Made by a program: the position numbers and the translations under genes. Shown piece by piece: positions 53,214 through 63,158 of a stretch of DNA of 64,000 nucleotides. Source of the DNA: an uncultured Actinomycetota bacterium (GTDB lineage Bacteria > Actinomycetota > Actinomycetes > S36-B12); NCBI GenBank assembly GCA_963749905.1, contig CAVVOF010000003.1, positions 980,235 through 1,044,234 on the forward strand, read 5' to 3'. Below the pieces are notes generated by a model. The model was not told where the DNA came from. It did not search any database and was given only the letters and a program-made list of their open reading frames with translations. The first letter of the stretch is position 1. Every line of letters begins with the position of its first letter.

Positions 53214-54800
53214 ATGCGACGCCGGCGAACGACCTACGAGGACGCGGTTCGCGACCGACTCGACCTGATCGAAGAGCAGCTGGGTCTGCCGCGCGGGCGG
53301 GCCGCCTTGGGTTCAGATGATCGGATCAGGGAACTCCTTCTCGATGGCAGGCGTCCGGCGGAGTTGAGGGCCGCGGTCGTGATCCTGGCGGCGACAGGGA
53401 GCTACGCCTCGCAGGACCGGCAGCGTGAGCTTGCCGCCTGGATCTCAACTGGCAGCCTGCCTGACTGCACCGCCCTGCTCGCGCGCTGGATTCGCGCGGC
53501 ACCTGCGCGGGCGCGGCAACGTCGTCTTGAGGTCCCGCCAGCGGTCGTGGTCGACCTGACCCGAACCAGTCGGGCGGTGGAGACGACGGGGATTCCTCGG
53601 GTGGCCCGCGCCCTCGCCGCTGAGGCGGTCGCGCGTGGATACGTGCCGATCGTTTGGGAGGGCGGGGCGCCCGGCCCCGTCGAGCTGGGGAACGAGGGGT
53701 CCGACGTGGTCTTCCCTGACTCGGCTTGGGGCGCCGCGGGAGTTAGGCGGCGCGGCGCTGCGGCTCTGAAGCGAAGCTACTGGCACGCCATGAGATGGCT
53801 CTCGATGGTTCGTGGGGGAGCCCAAGTCGTTCGGCTGCTGCGCGCCGTCGCCGCACCGCTCGGTGACGCGATCAACGATCGTTCCGGGCCAACGCACGCA
53901 TACTTGTTGGCCAACTGCCACTACGTGAGCCCGGAGGTGAACCGTCCGGACACGGTCACCAGGATCCTGGCGTGGCGAGAGGCGTGCGACAGTGTCCGCC
54001 TGACGGTCACCCTGCATGATCTGCTCCCGCTGGTTGAGCCACGGTTCTTCGCGCCGGACCAACGGGTCGAACACATCGACTTCATGAATCTGGTGGCACA
54101 CGCCGACTGCGTCGTGGTCGCGTCAGACCATCTGGTGGAGCAGGTCGAGGGGTCCTGCCAGCTGCTGGGCGCTCAGTCGACGCCGGCGGTCGAGGTGGTT
54201 CCCTACGGGAGTGATGCCGCGTCGTGGATCCCTAAGGGCGCGCCCGAGGAGCGTCGTCCGGCGTTCCTGATGGTCGGCAGCATGGAACTGCGGAAGAACC
54301 ACGCGCTGGCCCTGCGAGCGTTGGGGTTGCTCTCGGAGAGTGGGACCCCTACGACACTGCACGTCGTAGGCAGCGCGCGGCCCGTTCACCCAGACACCGT
54401 TGCAGCGCTCGACTACGCCCGACGCAGTGGCGTCGAGGTGATCGAGCACCGCGGAGCAACCGACAGTCACCTCGCGGGGATCATGGATTCCTGCATCGCG
54501 TCCCTCTACCTGTCATGGGCGGAGGGATTCGGCCTGCCTGTCGTCGAGTCGCTTGCCCGCGGGCTTCCCGTCATCGCGACGGACACCCCACCGCATCGAG
54601 CGCACCAGCGATACGGAGGCGTAGTGCTGACCGCGGTAGACCGGCCGACCGAACTGGCAGATCTTCTGCGGAAGTACATCGAGAATGCCAGCCTGCGAGA
54701 CGATCTCCGCCGTTCCATCACCCGTGACTCACTCCCGCGCGGCTACGTGGAGTGGGCTGAGCGGGTGTTTCACGGTGGGTTGCCGCGCCGGGTCAGCTGA
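53214..54800 (+). CDS. GT4 glycosyltransferase with N-terminal extension
   Basis: VVDLTRT...TGIPRV, LHDLLP, FLMVGSMELRKNH, SWAEGFGLPVVESLARG. Confidence 0.85.
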   Translation: MRRRRTTYEDAVRDRLDLIEEQLGLPRGRAALGSDDRIRELLLDGRRPAELRAAVVILAATGSYASQDRQRELAAWISTGSLPDCTALLARWIRAAPARARQRRLEVPPAVVVDLTRTSRAVETTGIPRVARALAAEAVARGYVPIVWEGGAPGPVELGNEGSDVVFPDSAWGAAGVRRRGAAALKRSYWHAMRWLSMVRGGAQVVRLLRAVAAPLGDAINDRSGPTHAYLLANCHYVSPEVNRPDTVTRILAWREACDSVRLTVTLHDLLPLVEPRFFAPDQRVEHIDFMNLVAHADCVVVASDHLVEQVEGSCQLLGAQSTPAVEVVPYGSDAASWIPKGAPEERRPAFLMVGSMELRKNHALALRALGLLSESGTPTTLHVVGSARPVHPDTVAALDYARRSGVEVIEHRGATDSHLAGIMDSCIASLYLSWAEGFGLPVVESLARGLPVIATDTPPHRAHQRYGGVVLTAVDRPTELADLLRKYIENASLRDDLRRSITRDSLPRGYVEWAERVFHGGLPRRVS

Positions 54801-56640
54801 GGCCCAGCAGACCGGCCTGTGTGTTGAACGCCGGCACCGCGGCTCGTACCTCGGCGAAAGTTCCGAGCGCGACGAGTCTGCCCTCGTCCAGGTACGCAAC
54901 CTGGTCGGCGTCGCGCACGGTGGCCAGCCGGTGGGCCACCGTGACGAGGGTGACCTGACCCGAGAGGTCGCGCAGCGCATCGGTGATGGCCTGTTCGGTC
55001 TGGGCGTCCAATGCGCTCGTGGCCTCGTCCAGCACGACCAACTGCGGGTCCGAGTACAGCGCTCGGGCGAGCCCGAGGCGTTGCCGCTGCCCCCCGCTGA
55101 GGCGCGTACCGCGTTCGCCAACCCTGGCGGCGAGTCCGCCCTCCCGGTCGCGGACGAAGTCGGCGAGTCGAGCGCGTTCGAGGGCGTGCCACACTCGCTC
55201 GTCATCGATGAGGTCCTCAGGGATCCCGAGGGCGACGTTCTGCCGGACCGACCCGTCCATCAGTCCCACTGCCTGGGGAACGTACGCGATCCCGCCCGGC
55301 CAGCGATGGACGGCGTCCTGCGGGGCCAGGCCGCCGACGCGAACGGTGCCACCCTGCGGCTCGATGACTCCCAGCAGGACATCGGCAAGGGTCGACTTCC
55401 CCGCTCCGGTGCTGCCCACGACCGCGAGGGACTGACCTGGCGGAACCTTCAGACAGACGCCGAGAAGCGCGGGTTCGGGAGCATCGGGATAGGTGAAGGC
55501 CACGTTGTCGAGGGAGACCGAGGCGGAGAAGTCCGCGAAGCCCTGCGCGATGCGCGCTGCGAGGACCGCACCCGAGTGCTCGCCCGGCGAAGGACTGGCG
55601 GACTCGACCTTGGGCAGCGCGTCGTCGAGTTCGAACACGATCGCCGCCTCACCCGAGGCGGACCGGATGGCGATGAGTCCTCCCTGCATGCGCAGGATCG
55701 ACGGCATGATTCGCAAGGCAGCCGTGATGAACACGGCCAGCGTCGCGACGGCGCCCTCGACGCTGCCGCTGAGCAGTTGCGTGCTCGCGAGCAGCAGCGC
55801 ACCGATGACCAAGGCGGCCTCGAGGACGTACTTCGGTACCTGCTGGATGAACAGTCCGTCCGCGCGGGCGACGGCACCGTCCCAGAGTCCCGCGCGAACC
55901 CGGTCCCGGTACACACCGCGTCGACCAGCCGTCGCCAGTTCGCGGAACGAGGCGATCCCCTCCTGGATCGCCACGGTGCTCGAGACCCCGATCCGGGCGG
56001 CACGTGACCCGACGCGTCCGGCCCACCGACCCATAAACCTCTGCAGCACCAGACCGATGACCGCAAAGTAGACGATCGTCGCCACCGTGAGCACGGGGTT
56101 GACGACCAGGAGCAGTGCGACGATCAGAGTCATCAGGGAGAGTTCGCTGATGGCGATCGAGGCCGCGCCGAGCAGTCCGACGGTCGCTGCGCTGGCACCG
56201 GATGTCAGGGCGTAGGCGGTCTCCTGGGACGACCGAGACTGCACGGTGGTCAGCGACTGGGCGAAGAGGCGTCCGGTGAGGTCCGAGGCGAGCAGGCCCT
56301 GTCGGTTCGCGAGGAAGCGGAGTGTCCGACGCGTGAGTATCAGCCCGATCACCGACTTGCCCACCAGCAGGCAGGCCGCGAGGCCGGCCGCGACGAGGGT
56401 GAGCTGAGCGGTGCTCCAGTCCTGGAGTCCGATTGCGCTGATGACTCCGTCGACTTGGTCGGGGAGAGGGGCGCCCGCCACCGTGTTCAGCGCCAGGTAG
56501 GCGACGAGGCCGATGAGGATGATCCCGACGAAGTCGAGGAAGGACGTCGTCGCCTGGAGTCCGACGGCCAGCCAGTACCTGCGTCGATCCCGCGGCCACA
56601 ACAAGCGCAGGGCGCGCCGGACCGAGGCGATCGCCGTCAC
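54793..56640 (-). CDS. Second ABC exporter, fused TMD-NBD (MsbA/PglK-like)
   Basis: TM domain; GSTGAGKST; YVPQ; LSGGQRQRLGLARAL; LDEATSALD; VAHRL; intact from GTG at 56640. Confidence 0.92.
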   Translation of the reverse strand: MTAIASVRRALRLLWPRDRRRYWLAVGLQATTSFLDFVGIILIGLVAYLALNTVAGAPLPDQVDGVISAIGLQDWSTAQLTLVAAGLAACLLVGKSVIGLILTRRTLRFLANRQGLLASDLTGRLFAQSLTTVQSRSSQETAYALTSGASAATVGLLGAASIAISELSLMTLIVALLLVVNPVLTVATIVYFAVIGLVLQRFMGRWAGRVGSRAARIGVSSTVAIQEGIASFRELATAGRRGVYRDRVRAGLWDGAVARADGLFIQQVPKYVLEAALVIGALLLASTQLLSGSVEGAVATLAVFITAALRIMPSILRMQGGLIAIRSASGEAAIVFELDDALPKVESASPSPGEHSGAVLAARIAQGFADFSASVSLDNVAFTYPDAPEPALLGVCLKVPPGQSLAVVGSTGAGKSTLADVLLGVIEPQGGTVRVGGLAPQDAVHRWPGGIAYVPQAVGLMDGSVRQNVALGIPEDLIDDERVWHALERARLADFVRDREGGLAARVGERGTRLSGGQRQRLGLARALYSDPQLVVLDEATSALDAQTEQAITDALRDLSGQVTLVTVAHRLATVRDADQVAYLDEGRLVALGTFAEVRAAVPAFNTQAGLLGLS

Positions 56641-57565
56641 GGCTCCACGGTTCCGCGCACGCGCCACTCCTCTGCCGGGAGCCCAGTCCGCCGGAGGAGG
56701 GCGTTCGCGTATGTCGCCGACGCCGCCGGTGATGCCCGCCAGCCTCGTCCACTCCGCGGGGTGGCGGCGCACGTACTGGGCGAGCCAGGCGGCCAGGTGC
56801 GCGTCCTCCTTGCGCGCCGCCCTGCCGTAGCTCGCCCGGTCGGAGTTGGACCGGCCGTAGATGATGCTCACCGGCTCCGGGAACTCCTCGACGTGCGTGG
56901 TGGGCGGTGCCGCGGCGATCGCCATCTCGATGCGCATCGGTCCGGTCTTGCGGGGCCGGCTCGTCGCGCAGGGCGAGGAAGCTCTCGAACGGGCAGACCG
57001 ATCCGCTCATCTGCATGTAGGTCGGCTGCACCAGCTGCTGCCTGATCCACTCGAGTACGGGCAGCCGAGTGGGACCCGCGACCCGGGAAGCTCGTCCAGC
57101 TCTCCAGTGGCTCGTCCCAGGGTCCGTCGAACGGAACCGGTCCGCCTGCTCGTGGCGCATGGCCCAGGGGCCGAAGTACGCGGTGCCGGGCCGCAGCGGC
57201 CAGCGCGCCGTGCGCATCGACGATCGCGTCGATGCCGCGCGACCTGACTTCGTCGTCGTAGGCCAGCCAGTAGATCCAGTCGCTCGGGTCGGACGCCGTT
57301 CCGTTCGAGGTGGATCGACCCAGAACGCCTGATGTGCCATGGTCGGCAGTTCGCGCCCGGTGCAGATCACCTCCACGCCCGGGTGCTGCTCAGCGAAGTC
57401 GCCTTGCCTGCGCATGTCCGTCGGAATCAGGCGACGAGGTGACGCTCAGCAGCACGCGCTGGAAGTGGTGGCAGGCTCGCCGCGATCGACGTCCAGGCAT
57501 CGTTCGAACCGCGCACCTCCCCGCCAGACCATGACGACGAGGATGGCTGTGGACTGCCCGGTCAT
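56637..57565 (-). CDS. GT-A fold glycosyltransferase (frameshifts)
   Basis: ILVVMVWRGG, WIYWLAYDDE (DXD-like), QMSGSV; ATGA and GTGA overlaps with both neighbours. Confidence 0.55.
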
Positions 57566-58768
57566 CGCGTCGCCTGCGCGTAGACGTCGAGGTACTGGCG
57601 CACGACGACGGGACCCGACCAGGTGGCAACCGCTCGCTCGCGTGCGGCCCGGCCCCAGACGTCGTCGCCTCGGGCGTCGGAGATCGCCTCGACCAGTCCG
57701 ACGGCGAGTGCGTCGGCGTCGCCCGCCGGCGCGAGATAGCCGGTGCCGTGGTGCTGCGACGATGTCCGGCAGTCCGCCGATCTCGAACGCGACCACGGCG
57801 CGTCCGCAGTCTGCGCCTCCATGGCGGTCAGCGGCATGTTGTCCTCGCGACTGGGAACGGCGAGCACGTCGGCCGCGCAGTAGAGCGTGCGCAGGGCCTC
57901 GTCTCCGCTCAGCGGTCCCAGCCCAGGTGACCGGGATGCCACTGGCGATGTGGAGCGATCCGCCTCGGCGGGCCCGCAATGAGCGAGGCTGGAGGTCCGG
58001 GTGGGCGTCGCGTACGGCCGGCAGGGCCAGCTCGAGCAGGTCGAAGCCCTTCCGGTGGTCGTGGATGCCGGCCGAGGCGAGGAACACGATGGTCGGCACG
58101 TCCGAGCGGAACGCCGAGGACCGCGTCGTGCCTCAACGCGGTCCATCGGGGCGAACACGTCCGCGTCGACGACGTGCGGGATGCGGACGATCGGCCAGTC
58201 GCGCATGAGTGCGCTCTCCTGTGCGGCCTCGCGTCAGCCACGTGCTGGCCGGGACGACTGTGCGTGGGCGCCAGCAGCCGTCGCTTCCGCTCCCACGCAT
58301 CCCGGTCGAGGTCCCAGCCCGGACTCGGTCGCCGGGCGGTTGTCCTTGGTGTATCCGGCCCGCCAGCGGGCGTCGGGGGCGTCCACCCCGTAGTGCTCGG
58401 TGCCGCAGAAGGTCCACATGTCGTAGAGCGTCCAGATGACGGGCTTCTCGATGCGGCCGATCTGCTCGATGGTCAGGAAGCCGTCCGTGACCCAGTGCAG
58501 GTCGACGATGTCGGCGTCGGTGGCGTTGATCTCGCGGCGCGCGGAGGCTGCCGAACCGGGCCGGTGAGCGCCACGTCGAGACGGGTGAGCGCTGCAGTCG
58601 CCAGAGCCGTCGATCGAGTTCGCTGGCGATCCGGAATCGGGCGCCGTGCGCGGTCGTCAGAGACGAGCGGATGCCCTCCTTGACCATCGCCTGGTGGAGC
58701 GCAGTCGCCGCTCGCGCCGCGCCGCCGTTGGTGGCGTAGGTGCTTAGATGGAGCACGGTGGGCGGCAC
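57562..58768 (-). CDS. GT4 glycosyltransferase, WcaC-like (frameshifts)
   Basis: HLSTYATNGGAARAA, LHWV, KPVIWTLYDMWTFCG, PSTWL, HRKGFDLL, VPSREDN.PLTAMEA. Confidence 0.88.
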
Positions 58769-58786
58769 GGGCCCACGGTAACGGGT

Positions 58787-60825
58787 GTGCCCGCGCCCCG
58801 GGACGGACGCGGAGGTGCACCGGGGTGGACGCCCTGTTCCTCGTCGCCTACCTCGTGCTCCCGTCGCTCACGCTGTGGCGGTCTCGCAGCATCGCGTGGA
58901 CCGTCATCGATCGTGGGCGCCTCAGTGTCCATCGTCGGCGCGCTCGTCAGCTTCGTGGTCGACCACGTGCTCGCTCTGGACCTGGACCCAGCTGCAGTGG
59001 GTGCTGCTGCTGGCGCTTGCCGTACCCGCCGTCCTGTTCGTTCACGCGCCGGCCCGACGGTGATTCGCGCCTCGGCGGTACCAGTTCGCTGACCATCCTG
59101 GTTCCGGTGCTCGGACTCGCGGCCTTTCTGACGGTCGTGACCACTTGGTGGACCGAGACGCCTGCATTCCTCACGCCGGTCAGCTTCCTGATGGGTCACG
59201 CCGTGGCGGAGGACAACGCCAAGTGGCTGGACTTCGCCGCCTAGCTCGCCGCCGGCGTGCCCGATCGACCAGTACGTGCCGATGGGCGGGCCGCTGCAGC
59301 TGTTCCTGGTGTTCGTCGCCACGCTGATGGGCTGTCCTGTCGCAGGTCGACCCTCGGTGGCTTCAACGAGGTCATGGTCGCCGCCAACACGGTCATCTAC
59401 GGGCAGTTCGTGCTGGTGGCGCTCGCGCCGCTCGCTCTGGCACCGCTGGCAGAAGCACGGATTCGCCGACCCGTTCCGGAGGTCGGCGGGCCGCGTGCGA
59501 CTGCCGTGGCCGCTGGTGTGGATCGGGGTCGTCCTGCTCGTCACGACCGTGCTGCTCCTGACGGCCTACGGGCACCTGACTCTGCAGTGGACCGTCATCG
59601 TCGCCGCCCTGTGGGCGTCCGCGTATCTGGTGAGGTCGCCGGTACCGCGGGCACAGCTGCTCACCTCGCTCATCGTCGCTGCCGGCATGACGGTGTGGCT
59701 GCCGATGAACGCGATCGCGGCGGTGCTCGTCGTCGGTTGGCTGGTCGTGCTGGTTGCCCGCGTCATCCGCGAGGGACGCGCCGGCGCTGACTGGGTGGGA
59801 TTGGACATCGTCGTGGTCGTGTCGGCGGTCATCGGCGAGCCGTTGCGGTCCAGTGTCGCGTTCGTGCTCGCCTCTGCACCGACCGCTGGAGGGGCGCTGG
59901 AGACCGTCGGGGAGGCCTTGGCGGCGGCGTCCGGGCGGCTGTGGGCTCTCGCGCCGGCACTCTCTCCGGTGTGGGCGGGTCTGACGGAGTCGACCCTGTT
60001 CGAGGCGGGCGGCGGGACAGAGCAGGACCACCGCGATCCTCGTGGCTCTGGCTGCCGCAAGCGACTGTGGCAGCAGCGCTGGTGGTCTCGAGGCAGCGGG
60101 CCCGTCGCGGCTACGTGAGGCTCCTCCCCGTCGTCCTGCTGGCCGGGTTTGCGGTCGCTCTGAACGGGCTCGACCAGTGGGCCACAGGCAGCGCACCGCA
60201 CTACGGCTCGTTGAAGTTCACGTTCATGGCCATGATCGTGATCGCGGCTGTCACTCTGCCCGTGGGCATGCTCCTGCTGGACCCGCGGGCGAGCGGAATG
60301 ACCCCGGCTCGGTGGACTGCGGTGGGGGCGGTCACCCTCATCCTCGTGGTCGACGGACTGCTCGTACGCTCGGTCGCCGCGGCTCGACCGGACCAGTGGT
60401 CCCCGCCGGTTCCCTTCGACAACGCGCGCAGCTACTGGTGGCCCGCGGACGTCAACGGCACCTCGAACCAGCCGATCGCCGGCAATCCGGTTGCGTGCGT
60501 CTACCTGCCGCAGGGGGCCAAGGCTCCGTCCGGCATTCTCGAGTCGCAACTGTCCGACCCGCAGCGCGTGTACTCGTGCACGAGGCTGCTGGCCGGTCTG
60601 GCGGGCGAGGACGCAGGCGCTCAGCCGCTGGTGGACTGGTTGCGCCGGGAGTGGCTGACCAACACTCGGGCCTGGACGGACGTGCACGGCTATCTGTCGG
60701 CCATGCCCGACTCCGTCCTCGATCGCCCGGTGATCCTCCTGGACGATGGCAGCAATGTCATCGGGCTGGAGAGCGTCAGGACTCTGCTGTCGAAGTATCC
60801 TGCGGAGGCCGGGCAGCAGTGGTGA
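58787..60825 (+). CDS. Large polytopic membrane protein (frameshifts; start uncertain)
   Basis: Many TM segments; HAVAEDNAKWL, HYGSLK; C-terminal extracellular domain with two Cys (ACVY, YSCTR). Confidence 0.5.
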
Positions 60826-60843
60826 GAGAGCGGTCCGGTCGCC

Positions 60844-62233
60844 TCAGGAACTGGACGAGCACGGACAGCGAGGCGCCGCAGACCAATCGACGCGGCGAGA
60901 ATCCCGGCGAGGCTGGTGAGGAGAATGCTGTACCCAACAATGAGGGGGATGGACACCAGCAGCATCGTCACCAGCGAGGTGTAGAGCAGGAAGTGCTGTC
61001 GTGGCCGACGCGGCAGGGACATGAGCGGCAACAGCAGAAGCAGGAACGCCGCCTTGTAGGCAAAGCCGAATCCCGCTACCAGCACGCTGGCGAGGAATAC
61101 CGTCGAGCCTGCGCTGCCGAGCATGGCTGGCTGCACAGGGTTGCCGGGCAGGTTTCGCGCGAACGCGACCCCCCAAGCGACTCCGGCAAGAGCCAAAGCC
61201 GCCACCAGTAGGTTGCCCAGTATCGGCTGTGCCTCGAGCGAGAACTCCGTCACCATGCGGGAGACGATCGGCAGTCGTCCCATCGCCGGAAAGTCGTACA
61301 GGATCAACGCACGGCTGTTGTCCGCTGAGCTGGAGGTGAACTCCGTCCAATTCAGCGCCAAGAAGGCCGCCACGGCCACGGCGAAGCCAATCAGGACCGT
61401 CCACCCTCGTCGAAGTCGGAGCGCCGGCAGCAAGAGCAGCCCCAGTGGCGAAGGGGTAGTACTTCCACGTTCCCATGACCCAGATGAGCGACGCAATCGC
61501 CGCCCAGACCCACAGTGACTGGCGGCGTCGGAGGACGAAGACCGCCACGATCGGCAGGGCAAGGACGAGCGCATCGAGGTTGCCCCGGTCCAAGAGCAAC
61601 AGCCAGCCGCCGCCCACCGCTGCGATCGCGTAGACGGGGAGGGCGAGTGGTGCGCTGTTACGGGCGAGCCAGACGAGGCAGAGACTCAGGCCGATGGCCA
61701 GCAACGTGCCGAGGATGGGCGTCCACGACTCGCTGACCAGGTCGAGGGTGGCCGGTCCGAGCCACAGCACGCCGTCTGCGTAGCCGGGGTCTTGTTCAGC
61801 ACACCCATCGCACTCGACCCAGCGCAGGACCCAGGCCAGATCTGAGTAGTGCTCGCGGGCCCGGAGCAACTGCAGGCCCGCATATAGGGCCCACGCCTCT
61901 GCATCGCGTCCGATCTCGATGAGCAAGCCGAGCAGCAGCGTGATCCCGGCTGAGACTCCGCCGATGGCCCACGGCAGCCACCGGGGCCCGCTGAGTCGCA
62001 CCGATCGGACCAGAAGTGGCAGGCCCACAGCCAGTCCGAGCACGAGGAGGGCAGTGCGGCCGCCGGTATCGGTGTCGACGGTTCCCTCACTCAGCGCGGA
62101 GGACGTCACGACCACCTTGGTCAGGATGGCAAGGAGTGCGATCCAGGCGGCAGCGACGGTGCCCCACGCGCGCCCAGTAGCTCGTGCGGCGGTCGGATGG
62201 GTGGCGCGCGTCGCTCCTGAGGGCCTCCTTCAC
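60844..62233 (-). CDS. GT87-like membrane glycosyltransferase (frameshifts)
   Basis: YSDL, LDRGNLD, WKYYP, YKAAFL; many TMs; TAGCAT 7 nt before GTG at 62233. Confidence 0.6.
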
Positions 62234-62243
62234 AGGCGGGATG

Positions 62244-63158
62244 CTACGCAGTCAGAGCGCGACGCTGGACGCGGGCGAGCACGTCGAGGTACACGGCCTT
62301 CATCCCTGCCGGCAGGGTGGTGGGACTGCGAAGAGGGACGGTGGGCACCAGCCGCAGGTCGGGGGATTGGTGGACGGCGCTCGGATGGCTCCCGAGTGCG
62401 ACGGGAACGCGACGCTTCGCCACCAGATTCATGGTCCGTACCAACTGCCCCACGGTCGCGGGCTGACCCGACGCGATGACCGTGGTCAACGCTCCCGGCT
62501 GGGCGGCTGACCTCGCGAGATCAACCGAGTCCAAGACGGCGCGTGCCGCATCATCGACGTAGATGTAGTCCCTGATCGTGTCGAGGGGCACGAAGATGTT
62601 GATCGGCTGCCGGGTGACGGCGGACAGTGCGAGCCGCGATACCAAGCCCTGCAGCTTGGTGAGGTCCTGGCCCGGGCCGTACAGGTTGCTGATCCGTCCG
62701 ACGACGACGGGACACACGGCTCCGAGGATTCCTGCGGCGAGCCTCTCCTGGGCGAGCTTCAACTCGCCATACGGGCTGAGGGGCGATGGGTCGGTGTCGC
62801 AGGTGAAGGGGGGGTTGTGCGACCCCGCGAACACTCCCCCGGCCGAGGAGGCCACGAACACGGACCCCGGTCCTCGTGGCAGGGCTGAGCGGATCCCCTC
62901 GAGGAGACCCTGCAGGGGCTCCAACTCACGCTGAGCCGTGGCGCTCGGGGTGGACGTCGTGGCGGCCCCGGCGGCCCAGATCACGGCCCATGAATCGCTG
63001 GCGGCTTCGATACTGAAGCGCCGCGCCTCGGATCGCAGCACGGCTGCGGCGGACGACGGATCGGTCCAGGGGACCCGTTCGCCGTCGAAGGAGTGCTGAC
63101 TGTGGCGGACGATCGCGCTGCCGAGCAGCCCGCCGGCCCCGATCGTCCAGATGATCAT
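62244..63158 (-). CDS. NAD-dependent epimerase/dehydratase family protein
   Basis: IGAGGLLG, ASSAGGVFAG, SPYGELK (YxxxK), RISNLYGPGQ, RDYIYVDD. Confidence 0.88.
   Translation of the reverse strand: MIIWTIGAGGLLGSAIVRHSQHSFDGERVPWTDPSSAAAVLRSEARRFSIEAASDSWAVIWAAGAATTSTPSATAQRELEPLQGLLEGIRSALPRGPGSVFVASSAGGVFAGSHNPPFTCDTDPSPLSPYGELKLAQERLAAGILGAVCPVVVGRISNLYGPGQDLTKLQGLVSRLALSAVTRQPINIFVPLDTIRDYIYVDDAARAVLDSVDLARSAAQPGALTTVIASGQPATVGQLVRTMNLVAKRRVPVALGSHPSAVHQSPDLRLVPTVPLRSPTTLPAGMKAVYLDVLARVQRRALTA

Noticed and set aside
54793-56937. N-terminal extension on the second ABC transporter (714-aa ORF)
   Set aside because: The first ~99 aa are the C-terminus of the upstream GT read through a frameshift. 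The transporter starts at GTG 56640, overlapping that GT's stop.
58769-58786. Second 18-bp bidirectional promoter between the GT4 (-) and membrane gene (+)
   Set aside because: The minus-strand box TACCGT is good, but the plus-strand box (CACGGT) is weak and GTG 58787 is not in frame with the downstream coding frame, so it cannot be supported without corrected sequence.
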